Positions 8,641 through 17,942 of a DNA stretch of 28,069 bases are shown piece by piece. The stretch is from an uncultured virus (IMG/VR IMGVR_UViG_3300035447_000008) (taxonomy: Duplodnaviria > Heunggongvirae > Uroviricota > Caudoviricetes). The position numbers and the translations under genes are program-made. The notes under the pieces were generated by a model that was given only the letters and a program-made list of their open reading frames with translations, was not told the DNA's origin and made no database searches. Location of the stretch: IMG/VR virus record IMGVR_UViG_3300035447_000008. One strand, given 5' to 3'. The number at the start of each line of letters is the position of its first letter. Position 1 is the stretch's first letter.

Positions 8641-8960
8641 ACTATGTAAGCCTACCCCTCTATCCAGAACAAGATTACTTCTATTCTGTTGTATTAAGCG
8701 ACATTGCTTGTGTTTTTCGTCTCTATTATAACCAACGAGTAGATGGTTGGTTCTTTGATTTACGTGAAGAAGCTTCTACAGATTATTTTGTTCAAGGTGA
8801 GAGGCTTGTCCCTCTCTATCCAATGCTTTTAGATTACACCGGAATTCCTTTAGATGGTTTCCTGTGGCTCGAACCAATAGGCGACAGCGGTGAAAAGTTT
8901 CGTACAGATTCTTTTAACATCAGCAAGTGGTTTAGGTTGTTCTTCATTACAGATTTCTAA
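8637..8960 (+). CDS. Small baseplate protein
   Basis: ATGA overlap, RLYYNQRVDGWFFDL motif, synteny. Confidence 0.6.
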   Translation: MNYVSLPLYPEQDYFYSVVLSDIACVFRLYYNQRVDGWFFDLREEASTDYFVQGERLVPLYPMLLDYTGIPLDGFLWLEPIGDSGEKFRTDSFNISKWFRLFFITDF

Positions 8961-8981
8961 GACTAGCTTATAGGAGGGTTG

Positions 8982-9860
8982 ATGCCTTTACAATCGAACA
9001 GGATTTACTCTCTTATTGTTGGTGATATTGAGAGTGGTGATGGATGGGAGATTACTGATCTTCACATTACCTTCGATATCAGTAAGATGAGTGATAATAA
9101 GAAAAAGCACAACACTGCCACTATAGAAATTTACAATCTTTCCAGAGAGAAGCAACGCTTTTTGGAGCGTAAATACATTGGTATGGTGTTAAGTGTTGGC
9201 TGGACAGGGACAGGGCTTAAGCGCTTGTTTGCTGGTCAAGTTACAGAAGCATCTACCCGTAAGTCTGGCCCAGATGTTATCACCATACTAAATGTGGGTG
9301 TTGACTATGTAGAGCTTAATCACCAAACACTGAATAAGCTAATACCAGAGGGACGCACCTACGAAGATGTTATCACCGAGATTGCAAAAGAGCTTGGTAC
9401 AAGTCGAAATGTAATTACTGGCGTTAACTGCAAGAATCCTGTCATTGACGGATACCCCCTATCCGGCACTCCACGACAAATGCTTGATGAAGTTTGTAGG
9501 GCAAATCAGATGGAGTGGTCAATCGAGGAGAAGGTGTTGTATGTCCGCGATGAATCCGAATCACACACAAGAGATATTAATTCTGTTGTTGTGATTAGTC
9601 AGAGTTCTGGTTTGATAGAAAGACCCTATCTTACGACAGGCGATGTTAACCGCTCGGTAAGGGATAAGAAGAAAAAGAAGGGCTTACAATTTAAATGCTT
9701 GATTAACCCAGAGCTTGTTGCTGGGTCTTTAATCAAGTTGGAATATGAAGAGCTTACAGGTTACTACAAGATTGATTCCATGCGCATTAAAGGTGGTTGG
9801 AGAGTAGATGACTGGCATATGGATATTAAACTTACAGAGAATATTGGAGTTGTTAAATGA
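8982..9860 (+). CDS. Baseplate hub protein
   Basis: ATIEIYNLS...LFAGQV...WSIEE...CLINPEL motifs. Precedes the spike gene. Confidence 0.75.
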   Translation: MPLQSNRIYSLIVGDIESGDGWEITDLHITFDISKMSDNKKKHNTATIEIYNLSREKQRFLERKYIGMVLSVGWTGTGLKRLFAGQVTEASTRKSGPDVITILNVGVDYVELNHQTLNKLIPEGRTYEDVITEIAKELGTSRNVITGVNCKNPVIDGYPLSGTPRQMLDEVCRANQMEWSIEEKVLYVRDESESHTRDINSVVVISQSSGLIERPYLTTGDVNRSVRDKKKKKGLQFKCLINPELVAGSLIKLEYEELTGYYKIDSMRIKGGWRVDDWHMDIKLTENIGVVK

Positions 9861-10573
9861 CACAAGAAGTATCACTCCAAGGGACTCTAACTAAATCTTT
9901 TTGGAAAGAGATGGACAACATCTACACGGCAATCCCAGGAGTGGTTGTCCGTGTTAGAAATGATTTCCGTGACCTTTCTGTAGATGTACAGCCCGCCATC
10001 AATATCAAGAAAGAAGATGGAACTGTAAAAGAACGTCCTGTAATTCTTAATGTTCCTGTACAGATGCCATCTGGGCGTGAGGGTGGACTGACTCACAACA
10101 TCTCTGTTGGTGATCCTGTATGGCTTATGTTTTCAATGGTGGGTATTGACCTTTGGAAACGTGGTAACGGGATGCCCACAACTTCCTCCGACTTTAGGAA
10201 GTTTGACAAAAGAGATTGCGTTGCTATTCCATCTCCTTTCCCTTTTAGTGAAAGTGTAAACAACCCAGAGAAGCATTTATGGGAACACAATCCGAACGAT
10301 GTTGTTCTTTACCACGGATTAGGCAGTGCTGAAGAGACAGAGATTCGTTTACATCGTGGTGGTGGCGTCACCATCAACACAAACCAAGAAGTGACTGTTA
10401 ATGCTGATGTAGCACGAGTGAATGTTCAGACTTTGCTTGTAGATGCAGCTCACACAGATTGGGTTGGCAATATCAATTATGTCGGAACTCTGACTATCAA
10501 TGGTGTTCCTTATCAGTCTCACGTTCATAGCGGGGTTCAATCTGGCCCCAGTAACACCGGAGGAGTTGTTTAA
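9857..10573 (+). CDS. Baseplate central spike (Gp138-like)
   Basis: TAIPGVV...VDVQP OB-fold start and C-terminal HxH iron-binding motif (SHVHSGVQSG). Confidence 0.85.
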   Translation: MTQEVSLQGTLTKSFWKEMDNIYTAIPGVVVRVRNDFRDLSVDVQPAINIKKEDGTVKERPVILNVPVQMPSGREGGLTHNISVGDPVWLMFSMVGIDLWKRGNGMPTTSSDFRKFDKRDCVAIPSPFPFSESVNNPEKHLWEHNPNDVVLYHGLGSAEETEIRLHRGGGVTINTNQEVTVNADVARVNVQTLLVDAAHTDWVGNINYVGTLTINGVPYQSHVHSGVQSGPSNTGGVV

Positions 10574-10944
10574 TGGACCTATTAATGGATATTAACGGCA
10601 CTGGAGATATGGTGTTTGTTAACGGTGCAGCTCCTCGCACCTACATTGAAGCAGATGTTGTAGCTCAAAGACTTGCAATCCACCTCAGAACCTTCCGGGC
10701 CGAGTGGTTCCTAGATGAACCTTACGGTGTTCCGTGGTTTGAAATTCTTGGCACTAAGAAAACAAAACAACAAGTGGATGCAATCTTACAACGAGAAGTG
10801 TTGTCGGTCCAAGGGGTCAGAGAGATTGTCTCTTGGTCGAGTGAGATTGATAACGTCAACAGAAACTATAGCTGTAAATTCACAGTTAAAACAACAAACG
10901 GTGGTTTGACCAATCAAATCATTGTCAATTCACCAACTACTTAA
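10573..10944 (+). CDS. Baseplate wedge subunit (gp25-like)
   Basis: VAQRL...FRAEWFLDEPYGVPW motif. Confidence 0.75.
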   Translation: MDLLMDINGTGDMVFVNGAAPRTYIEADVVAQRLAIHLRTFRAEWFLDEPYGVPWFEILGTKKTKQQVDAILQREVLSVQGVREIVSWSSEIDNVNRNYSCKFTVKTTNGGLTNQIIVNSPTT

Positions 10945-10959
10945 AGGTAATTAAATTTT

Positions 10960-12408
10960 ATGGCTGGATTGACTGACTCTGGGTTGGACATTAAAAGGCT
11001 AGTTGAAGTAATCACAGACCTTCGTCAAGAAGCCGTTCCAATCTTTCAAGATTTGCTTGAAGACCCAAATGACATTGTAGATACATCTGAAGATTCTACG
11101 CTTGGTCGATTGATTGGTCTTATCTCCCCTTCGTTGGCTGATCTTTGGGAAGCTGTTCAGGAAGTCTATTCGGCATTTGATCCAAACTCAGCAACAGGTA
11201 TTGCTCTTGATAATCTCGTAGCTCTTGGTGGAATCACTCGCTTCTCTAACACTTACACTACAGCTCAAGCTATCTTCACAGGTAGTAACGGAACTCTTAT
11301 TCCCGCTGGAAGTGTTGTTTCTAGTGCGACAACTGGACAAAGCTTTAATGTTGTGGCGAGTGTAGCGTTATCGCCGTCTCTTGCTTCTGGTGTAACTATT
11401 ACAGTACCAACTGTTGCCAGTAGCACGTTATACACCATTACTTACTCTCGGATTACCAGTTCAAGAACTGTTAGTTACACAAGCGGTGTTGGAGCTACAG
11501 CAGCGAGCATTCTTGCAGGGTTGAAAGCAGAGATTGACGCTAATCATCCTCAATTGATTGCTACTGTTGTTGGAACGACTCTGGAAATTGATCTTGATGA
11601 TATTTTCCAAGTAACTTCTTTCAGCACATCAGCTAACCTTGGTATCACTAAGGTTGATAAGATTGGTGACTTGATTGCTCAAGAATATGGGCCGATTGAG
11701 CAAGCTCCAAATACAATCACTTCTATTTCTACTCCTGTTCTCGGGTGGGACAGTGTAAACAACCCAATCAGTGCTGTAGCAGGCAGGTATATTGAGACAG
11801 ATGAAGAGCTTCGTGAACGCTTCCGTGTAAGTAAGTTTGAGCGTGCTTCTAACATTCTTGAAGCATTGTATTCTGCTCTCATCAATCTTGACACTGTAGA
11901 GCAAGTGGTTATCTACGAGAACGATACTGATGTAACGGATGCTAATGGTATCCCTGCTCACAGCTTCATGCCTATCGTTCTTGGTGGCATCTCTACCAAT
12001 ATTGCTCAGAGCATTTGGGAGAATAAACCTCTCGGTATTCGTAGTTATGGTAACACTTCTGTAACGATCTACGACAGCCAAGGCTTTCCGCACGACATTG
12101 GTTTCGAGCGTCCAAATCCTGTCACCATTTATATTGACTTGGATATTACCACCAACTCCGAGTTTCCTCAAGATGGCGAGCAAGCAATTAAAGATGCAAT
12201 TGCTGCATACATGGAAGCACAGTTTGGTATTGGCGAAGATGTTGTTTACAGTCGTCTCTATACGCCCATCAACTCCATTCCCGGACATCAAGTAAACAGC
12301 CTAACTATTGGTACATCTCCAAGTCCAGTCGGGGTGAGTAATATCCCTATCGCTTTCAATGAATTGTTTTCTCTTGATCCGAATAACATCGTAATCACTG
12401 TATCTTAA
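10960..12408 (+). CDS. Baseplate J-like wedge protein
   Basis: ATGIALDNL, ETDEELRER and ENDTDVTDANGIPAHS motifs. Confidence 0.85.
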   Translation: MAGLTDSGLDIKRLVEVITDLRQEAVPIFQDLLEDPNDIVDTSEDSTLGRLIGLISPSLADLWEAVQEVYSAFDPNSATGIALDNLVALGGITRFSNTYTTAQAIFTGSNGTLIPAGSVVSSATTGQSFNVVASVALSPSLASGVTITVPTVASSTLYTITYSRITSSRTVSYTSGVGATAASILAGLKAEIDANHPQLIATVVGTTLEIDLDDIFQVTSFSTSANLGITKVDKIGDLIAQEYGPIEQAPNTITSISTPVLGWDSVNNPISAVAGRYIETDEELRERFRVSKFERASNILEALYSALINLDTVEQVVIYENDTDVTDANGIPAHSFMPIVLGGISTNIAQSIWENKPLGIRSYGNTSVTIYDSQGFPHDIGFERPNPVTIYIDLDITTNSEFPQDGEQAIKDAIAAYMEAQFGIGEDVVYSRLYTPINSIPGHQVNSLTIGTSPSPVGVSNIPIAFNELFSLDPNNIVITVS

Positions 12409-12419
12409 GGAGGGTGCTG

Positions 12420-13589
12420 ATGGCTGTAAATAAGTTTGACACAGTAGTACCCTACCTAGAAGAAGCCCGTGATCGTGTGGCCCGTTATAAAAATAACAAG
12501 AATAAAACTACGAAAATGTTTATTGAGGAGATGCGGTATATAAATCCCCATATTAACATTCTTGGTGACTATATTTCTGCAAAGAGTGGTATAGATTGCA
12601 GATGTTTGAAGTGTGGCTACGAGTGGATGGGAGTCCCTAACCGCCTGCTTGGCGGAACGGGATGTCCTAAATGTGGGGGGCGAGTTCTCCCTACTATGGA
12701 TGATATAAGCAGGGGGCTGCTTGCCCAGAACAAACCATTTTCTGTAAGCGGTGATCTTAAAAAGAGCACAGATAAGTTATCGGTAGTGTGTAACATATGC
12801 GAAAGCACATGGCAGTCAACATATGCCCCACTATTTAGGGATGGTTACATCTGCAAAACTTGCCGATTGTATAAAAATTCAAATCCAGATAAATCAACAA
12901 TCGATGAGAGCGTTGAGGAATTCAGGAAACTCCTTATAGAACACTCAAGAAACTTCACCTTGTTAACTCAGGATAGGATAATCAAAGCAGCAACTACTGT
13001 GGAAGTGAGATGTAATGATTGTGGAAGAGAGTGGGAGGGAAGTTCGTGGGTCATCTCTCGTACTGGTTGTGCAAAATGCTCCAGAAAAGAAAAGCAAGAT
13101 ATAACCCAAGTACAGAAAATGTTAGATGATATGGGTATAAACATCACCGTTAGTGGCGAATATATCAACACCCACTCAAAGATAGATTGTCTGTGCAGGG
13201 TTTGTGGATGCTCTTGGAAAAGCACGAGGAGTTGTTTGAAGGGCTCTGGTTGCCCCTCTTGCGCAAGAACCGGCTACGACCCCAGAAAACCCGGAATTCT
13301 ATACTACATCAGAGTAGATTCTGGAACTAATCTTTATTGGAAGATAGGGATAACTAACCTAAGCGTAAGGAAACGATTCCAAAGGGGCGGAGATATTGAA
13401 AAAATCACGATCCTGATGGAGGAGAGGTTTGATGACGGAAAGGTCGCACAAGAAGCGGAAAAGAATATTTTAAGGCTCTTCAAGAGTTATTCTGCTATTG
13501 GTGTAGAAGTCCTACAGACGGGCAATACAGAACTCTTCACAAAAGACATACTTCAAATGGATCATTTGGGGAGGGCTTATGCCAACTAA
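12420..13589 (+). CDS. Multi-zinc-ribbon putative homing endonuclease (GIY-YIG-like/T5orf172-type C-terminus)
   Basis: Four CxxC...W...(G)CxxC modules, then GILYYI...WKIGITN...RF...E...GNTELF. Inserted between baseplate genes. Confidence 0.75.
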   Translation: MAVNKFDTVVPYLEEARDRVARYKNNKNKTTKMFIEEMRYINPHINILGDYISAKSGIDCRCLKCGYEWMGVPNRLLGGTGCPKCGGRVLPTMDDISRGLLAQNKPFSVSGDLKKSTDKLSVVCNICESTWQSTYAPLFRDGYICKTCRLYKNSNPDKSTIDESVEEFRKLLIEHSRNFTLLTQDRIIKAATTVEVRCNDCGREWEGSSWVISRTGCAKCSRKEKQDITQVQKMLDDMGINITVSGEYINTHSKIDCLCRVCGCSWKSTRSCLKGSGCPSCARTGYDPRKPGILYYIRVDSGTNLYWKIGITNLSVRKRFQRGGDIEKITILMEERFDDGKVAQEAEKNILRLFKSYSAIGVEVLQTGNTELFTKDILQMDHLGRAYAN

Positions 13590-14373
13590 TGACTTTACAA
13601 CTGTTGACTACTTGTTTGATGCGAGGGAGAGAAAAACTACAGCCTTCACCGATAAGCCCATCTTCGATAAATACTTGCAACTTTTGATTCTTGGTCAAGT
13701 TGAGATTCAAGAAGCTTTAAAGCAAGTGATGCAGCTTCGTAGCATTGATACAGCAGAGGGTGAACAACTTAACGTAATCGGAAGGATTGTTGGGCAACCA
13801 AGAGAGCTTCTGGAAGCAGACCTATACGAATACTTTGGTTTGCAAGGTGCAACTAATGCACAAAGCTTTGGCGAGCTTGGTAATTCAAGCATTGGAGGTT
13901 TGTTCTACAACTACGGAACACCCTTGGGTGGTAACGTCTTGCTGGACGATGCCACCTACCGTAAATTTATCAAGGCTAAGATTTTTAAGAACGTAACAGC
14001 ATCTACTCCAGAAGAGTTTATCACTGTTGTAAACACAATCTTTGATCTTCCAATATCAATTACATCTGAAGGCGATGCTCAAGTAACTTTGATGTTTGGT
14101 CGAATCCTAACAGCTTTTGAGAAAGCTCTTCTGAACTACGTGAGCACATCTCAAGGCTACCCTTCAAGACTCATTCCGAAGACTGTTGGTGTCCGTATTA
14201 ACTACGGAGAGTTCGATGGTGGTAGCTACTTCGGTTTTCAAGGTGCCCCCGGAGCGAAAGGTTTTGGGGAATTTACAGGCACTTACGGTTATGGTCTAGG
14301 ATATGGTCTTGAATATGGTAACTCAGACTTTGAGCTTACTGGCGACGGCGGGCTATTTGCTACGCTTTACTAA
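13579..14373 (+). CDS. Baseplate protein (DUF2612-like)
   Basis: IDTAEGEQLNVIGRIVG and LDDATYRKFIKAKI motifs. Confidence 0.8.
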   Translation: MPTNDFTTVDYLFDARERKTTAFTDKPIFDKYLQLLILGQVEIQEALKQVMQLRSIDTAEGEQLNVIGRIVGQPRELLEADLYEYFGLQGATNAQSFGELGNSSIGGLFYNYGTPLGGNVLLDDATYRKFIKAKIFKNVTASTPEEFITVVNTIFDLPISITSEGDAQVTLMFGRILTAFEKALLNYVSTSQGYPSRLIPKTVGVRINYGEFDGGSYFGFQGAPGAKGFGEFTGTYGYGLGYGLEYGNSDFELTGDGGLFATLY

Positions 14374-14389
14374 TTAAGAGAGGAAACAA

Positions 14390-15058
14390 ATGGCACAATT
14401 TTTGAAGCCTAGCAACCTAAACAATGTTTGGGCTAGTGGTGGGGACCGAATTTACCCCGGCGATACTAAGTACGCAACTGGTTGGCAAGTAGAGATTCCC
14501 CCTCGTCAATACTTCAACGAGATTGATTACAAGCAAGATCAAATGCTTGCTCATTTGAACCAACACGGGATTCCTGTGTGGGATAGTGAAACTGAGTACC
14601 AAGCAAACCAGAGCTACGTCCAAGGTTCTACCGGCACGGTATATCGTTGTGTGCAAACCCATACCAGTCAAAATCCAGAGTTGGATACAGTAGGTACTTA
14701 TTGGAAGGTGGCATTCTTGACCCCAGAAAACGTACCCTCCTACGGCTCCAACTATATTCGACACCCCAACAACTTAGTGGATCAGTGGTCGTCAGCAGAG
14801 GGTGTCGTACCATCCTCCGTAGGTTCTTTAGTTGACGTTACTGTAGTTTATCCAGTGCCATTGGTTTCGGTATTAGACGTACAAGTAACCAATGACCTCG
14901 GTTCTCCAACTGAGGCGGGCGAAGTAACTTGGGGGGTATACTCCAAAACAACGTCTCAAGTTGTGGTTCGATTCGTAAGGACGTCAGGAAGCAACTCTGC
15001 GGGAAATGAGAGGGTACGCGCTAACGTTCGAATTTTGGGTATTGCCCCTGACGCTTAA
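14390..15058 (+). CDS. Tail fiber / fiber adaptor protein
   Basis: WASGGD...GW...PPRQYFN...GIPVWDSETEY N-terminal baseplate anchor, a CBM5/12-like VYRCVQTHTS...W segment and a beta-sandwich C-terminus. Confidence 0.75.
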   Translation: MAQFLKPSNLNNVWASGGDRIYPGDTKYATGWQVEIPPRQYFNEIDYKQDQMLAHLNQHGIPVWDSETEYQANQSYVQGSTGTVYRCVQTHTSQNPELDTVGTYWKVAFLTPENVPSYGSNYIRHPNNLVDQWSSAEGVVPSSVGSLVDVTVVYPVPLVSVLDVQVTNDLGSPTEAGEVTWGVYSKTTSQVVVRFVRTSGSNSAGNERVRANVRILGIAPDA

Positions 15059-15071
15059 ATAGGATTTAAAC

Positions 15072-17237
15072 ATGGTACAGAAAACTTCACCATTCCTCTC
15101 AACTCACTACGGCTGGGATCTCGGTGAGAATGGTTGGAATTTTGGAATGGATGAGAATATATTAAAATTCTCTGCTCTTTTGACAGCAAACATCGACGGT
15201 ATTGTCTCCTCAGTTCCAAACGAAGAACCAAACGGAGTATGTTTTTTCAACTCGACGGATAACTATATCTATTATAGAGTTGGAGGTTCTTGGTTTTCCT
15301 CCCAGACCCCCATAGGTATAAAACTTGTTGACCGTACTACGGGGTTGAACTATGAACGAACGCCTAATGGGTTGGTACAAATTTCTGGGCTGGTTCCTTT
15401 AACCACCACTGTAGACTCTTTATATGCGCAGGCTCAACTTGCTACAGATTCCGCAGGGTATTCTTATCTAGGAGAGTATGCCGAGGATATCCTATTTGAT
15501 AATCTAGATCAGTATATCTCTAAAGGTGGTGGATTTTATAAACCATTGGAAGGGGTAGGGATACCATTTACAACGACAGGCGACTGGAGTGTAGATTCAC
15601 TTTCTCTAGGTGTTATGGACGCCTCTGCTCCAATTCTAAAGACACTATCCTCGTCATTTGCCACAACCTTGATAGGGTATGGTGGTCGAACGCTACATGA
15701 AAAACTTTCAGATGTGGTTCATGTTAGAGACTACGGGGCTGTTGGGGATGGTATAACTGACGATACCTCTGCACTAATTGCAGCATTCTCTTCTGCTAAA
15801 GTTGTAATATGCGATCCGGTAGTTTATGCGATTGATACAACATCAGAACCTCTTGTATTCGTCTCTGGGACAAAAGCCATTATGCGAGGCGCTAGGTTCA
15901 AGGAGATTGCCCCTAATAGTGACTACCGCATTGTTATCCAAGGGAACGTAGAGATTGATAACTTAGATATAGAATTCATGGGGACAGGGACCAGTAGAGG
16001 TATTACCATTGTTGGTTCGAATGTTCATATCGAGTCAATCCACATAAGCTCATCCTCTATTAGTGGAATTGGGAACATCCGACGCCGCGCACTAAGTATT
16101 GGAAGCGAGGCAGGACCTCGAATCCGTAACATCTATATTGGTAGTATTAATATCACTGGGTGGGATAGGGGTGTTCAAGTTTTTTACGTGGATCAACTAA
16201 CTATTGAGTCATTTATTCAACAAGGTTATGTAAACTCAATTTGGTTGAAGAGTGTAAGAGATAGTAGGATTAACAGTGGTCATGTTTTTGAAACATCGCC
16301 GAATGCAGTTGGTGCCCCCGGGGAGAATGCCATACTGATAGAAGCAGCGGAGCACCAAGGTACACAAAACCTAACTGTCAGAAGTTTTCTCGCAGAAGAT
16401 TCTGGGGAACACGGCTTTCGTATAGGGGGGTCTTTCGTCGTCAAGACAGTGCATTTTGTATCATGCACTGCTAGGAATTCTGGTGCTGCTGATGGAACAG
16501 GGATAGAGCCAGAGGATCATGGCGGCTGCGGTTTTAAATGCCTTGGCCCAACCGTCACGGCTGGTTCACACCACCAAGATATCCATTTCATTGACTGCGT
16601 GGCTGAGGACTTGAAGTTCAGCAATGACGGCAATAACTTTGCTGGCTTCAATATTGGCAAAACGATTGGATTTTCCTTGGTCAACCCTGTTGTACGAAGG
16701 GCTTATCGGGATCAGACTGGTGATGGCTTTGTTCAGAAGCAATACAGTTGCTATAATGGAATTGAGATCATTGGTTCGTTCAACGGTCAGATCACAAACC
16801 CATTTATCGACAGGCCTTACGCTAATGGTATCTATTTTTATGACACTGTAGATACGGAATCCGTTACATGGGGGGATCAGCTCGGTTTTATCACGGTGAC
16901 TGGTGGTCGCATTGACTCTCCGCGACTTAATGGAATTCAAGTTGAGGCAATAAATCGCACCGTGCGGCGACTTTCCATTCAAGGCTTCCTTGAGGTCGAA
17001 GGTGGCGAGCGTGCATTAAATGTCTCTGTCTCTGGGTCGGCGCAGATGCTCCTTTGTTATGCAAATATTCGCGCCTTTAGCCAGTCCGTTGCTACGGCTG
17101 TCGGAGCGGAGCAGTGGCTACTTACCATGTCAGGCGCGTTGCTTGGGGCAGTTCCTTGTCAAAATGGATCAACCTTCCAAAGTACAGGGGCAGGGTCGCT
17201 GGTGGTCCGTAAAAGCGGCGCTTGGGTAACTCTCTAG
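15072..17237 (+). CDS. Tailspike / polysaccharide depolymerase (parallel beta-helix)
   Basis: VHVRDYGAVGDGITDDTSAL pectate-lyase-3 start motif followed by beta-helix-like sequence. N-terminal YGWDLGENGW anchor. Confidence 0.8.
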   Translation: MVQKTSPFLSTHYGWDLGENGWNFGMDENILKFSALLTANIDGIVSSVPNEEPNGVCFFNSTDNYIYYRVGGSWFSSQTPIGIKLVDRTTGLNYERTPNGLVQISGLVPLTTTVDSLYAQAQLATDSAGYSYLGEYAEDILFDNLDQYISKGGGFYKPLEGVGIPFTTTGDWSVDSLSLGVMDASAPILKTLSSSFATTLIGYGGRTLHEKLSDVVHVRDYGAVGDGITDDTSALIAAFSSAKVVICDPVVYAIDTTSEPLVFVSGTKAIMRGARFKEIAPNSDYRIVIQGNVEIDNLDIEFMGTGTSRGITIVGSNVHIESIHISSSSISGIGNIRRRALSIGSEAGPRIRNIYIGSINITGWDRGVQVFYVDQLTIESFIQQGYVNSIWLKSVRDSRINSGHVFETSPNAVGAPGENAILIEAAEHQGTQNLTVRSFLAEDSGEHGFRIGGSFVVKTVHFVSCTARNSGAADGTGIEPEDHGGCGFKCLGPTVTAGSHHQDIHFIDCVAEDLKFSNDGNNFAGFNIGKTIGFSLVNPVVRRAYRDQTGDGFVQKQYSCYNGIEIIGSFNGQITNPFIDRPYANGIYFYDTVDTESVTWGDQLGFITVTGGRIDSPRLNGIQVEAINRTVRRLSIQGFLEVEGGERALNVSVSGSAQMLLCYANIRAFSQSVATAVGAEQWLLTMSGALLGAVPCQNGSTFQSTGAGSLVVRKSGAWVTL

Positions 17238-17252
17238 TATTGAAGGTATGGC

Positions 17253-17780
17253 ATGAAAGCAATCAGAAGTAAATTGATTGCAACATTTATTGCAGCGGGG
17301 CTTAGTGCCCCAGCTGCTTTTGTTGCATATGATCTAACACTTCCTTCGGAGGGGTTGGTATTACAACCATATTCCGATCCTATCGGAGTGAAAACCAAGT
17401 GTGTTGGACATCTTGTTCAAAAGGGTGAGAAAATAAAACCATCCTACACAGAAGAAGAGTGCATGGAAATCTTTGCCTCCGATTGGAAGAAACACCTAAA
17501 GCAAATCGACGGTGCTGTTAAGGTTCCTTATGCTTCTGAGTGGCAACGTCAAGCTTTGAATGACTTCACTTTCAATCTTTGAATTGGTTCTGTAAAGGCT
17601 AGCACACTCCTTCGCCTTGTCAACCAAGGTAAGCACAAAGAAGCCTGTGAACAATTGACGCGTTGGGTTTATGCTAGCGGTAAAAAGCTCAAGGGGTTGG
17701 TGATCCGAGAGCAATACAATGCCCGTAAGCAAAAGTATGTTTCTGATATCGCAGCACTTAATCTCAAGCATGGAGTATAA
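17253..17780 (+). pseudogene. SAR-type GH24 lysozyme with in-frame nonsense codon
   Basis: Ala/Gly-rich SAR segment and E-x8-D-x5-T triad (EGLVLQPYSDPIGVKT). TGA at 17580-17582 falls in FNL*IG, and the same frame continues STLLRLVN...ACEQLTRWVYASGKKLKGLVIR to TAA at 17780. Confidence 0.8.
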
Positions 17781-17783
17781 AGT

Positions 17784-17942
17784 ATGAAATTTTGTCCTAT
17801 TTGCGGCGACATTCTATACATCGTTCGTCACGAATCTCCGACCATCGGTGTTTATTGGATGTGGGAATGCCCTGCACAAGATTGGTTTGATCCTACTGAC
17901 CCGCCCGAAGATGATGGGCATGGCGAAAAAGAGGCAAAATAG
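17784..17942 (+). CDS. 52-aa zinc-ribbon-like protein (absent from ORF track)
   Basis: GGAG RBS. MKFCPICGDILYIVRHESPTIGVYWMWECPAQDWFDPTDPPEDDGHGEKEAK*. The TAG overlaps the GTG start of the endolysin. Confidence 0.6.
   Translation: MKFCPICGDILYIVRHESPTIGVYWMWECPAQDWFDPTDPPEDDGHGEKEAK

Noticed and set aside
11629..12291. 220-aa - strand ORF
   Set aside because: Antisense to baseplate J, with no protein-like motifs.
17580..17582. Genome-wide TGA recoding
   Set aside because: TGA acts as a normal stop elsewhere (e.g. 1216-1218, 8638-8640, 9858-9860), and no other gene shows in-frame TGA.
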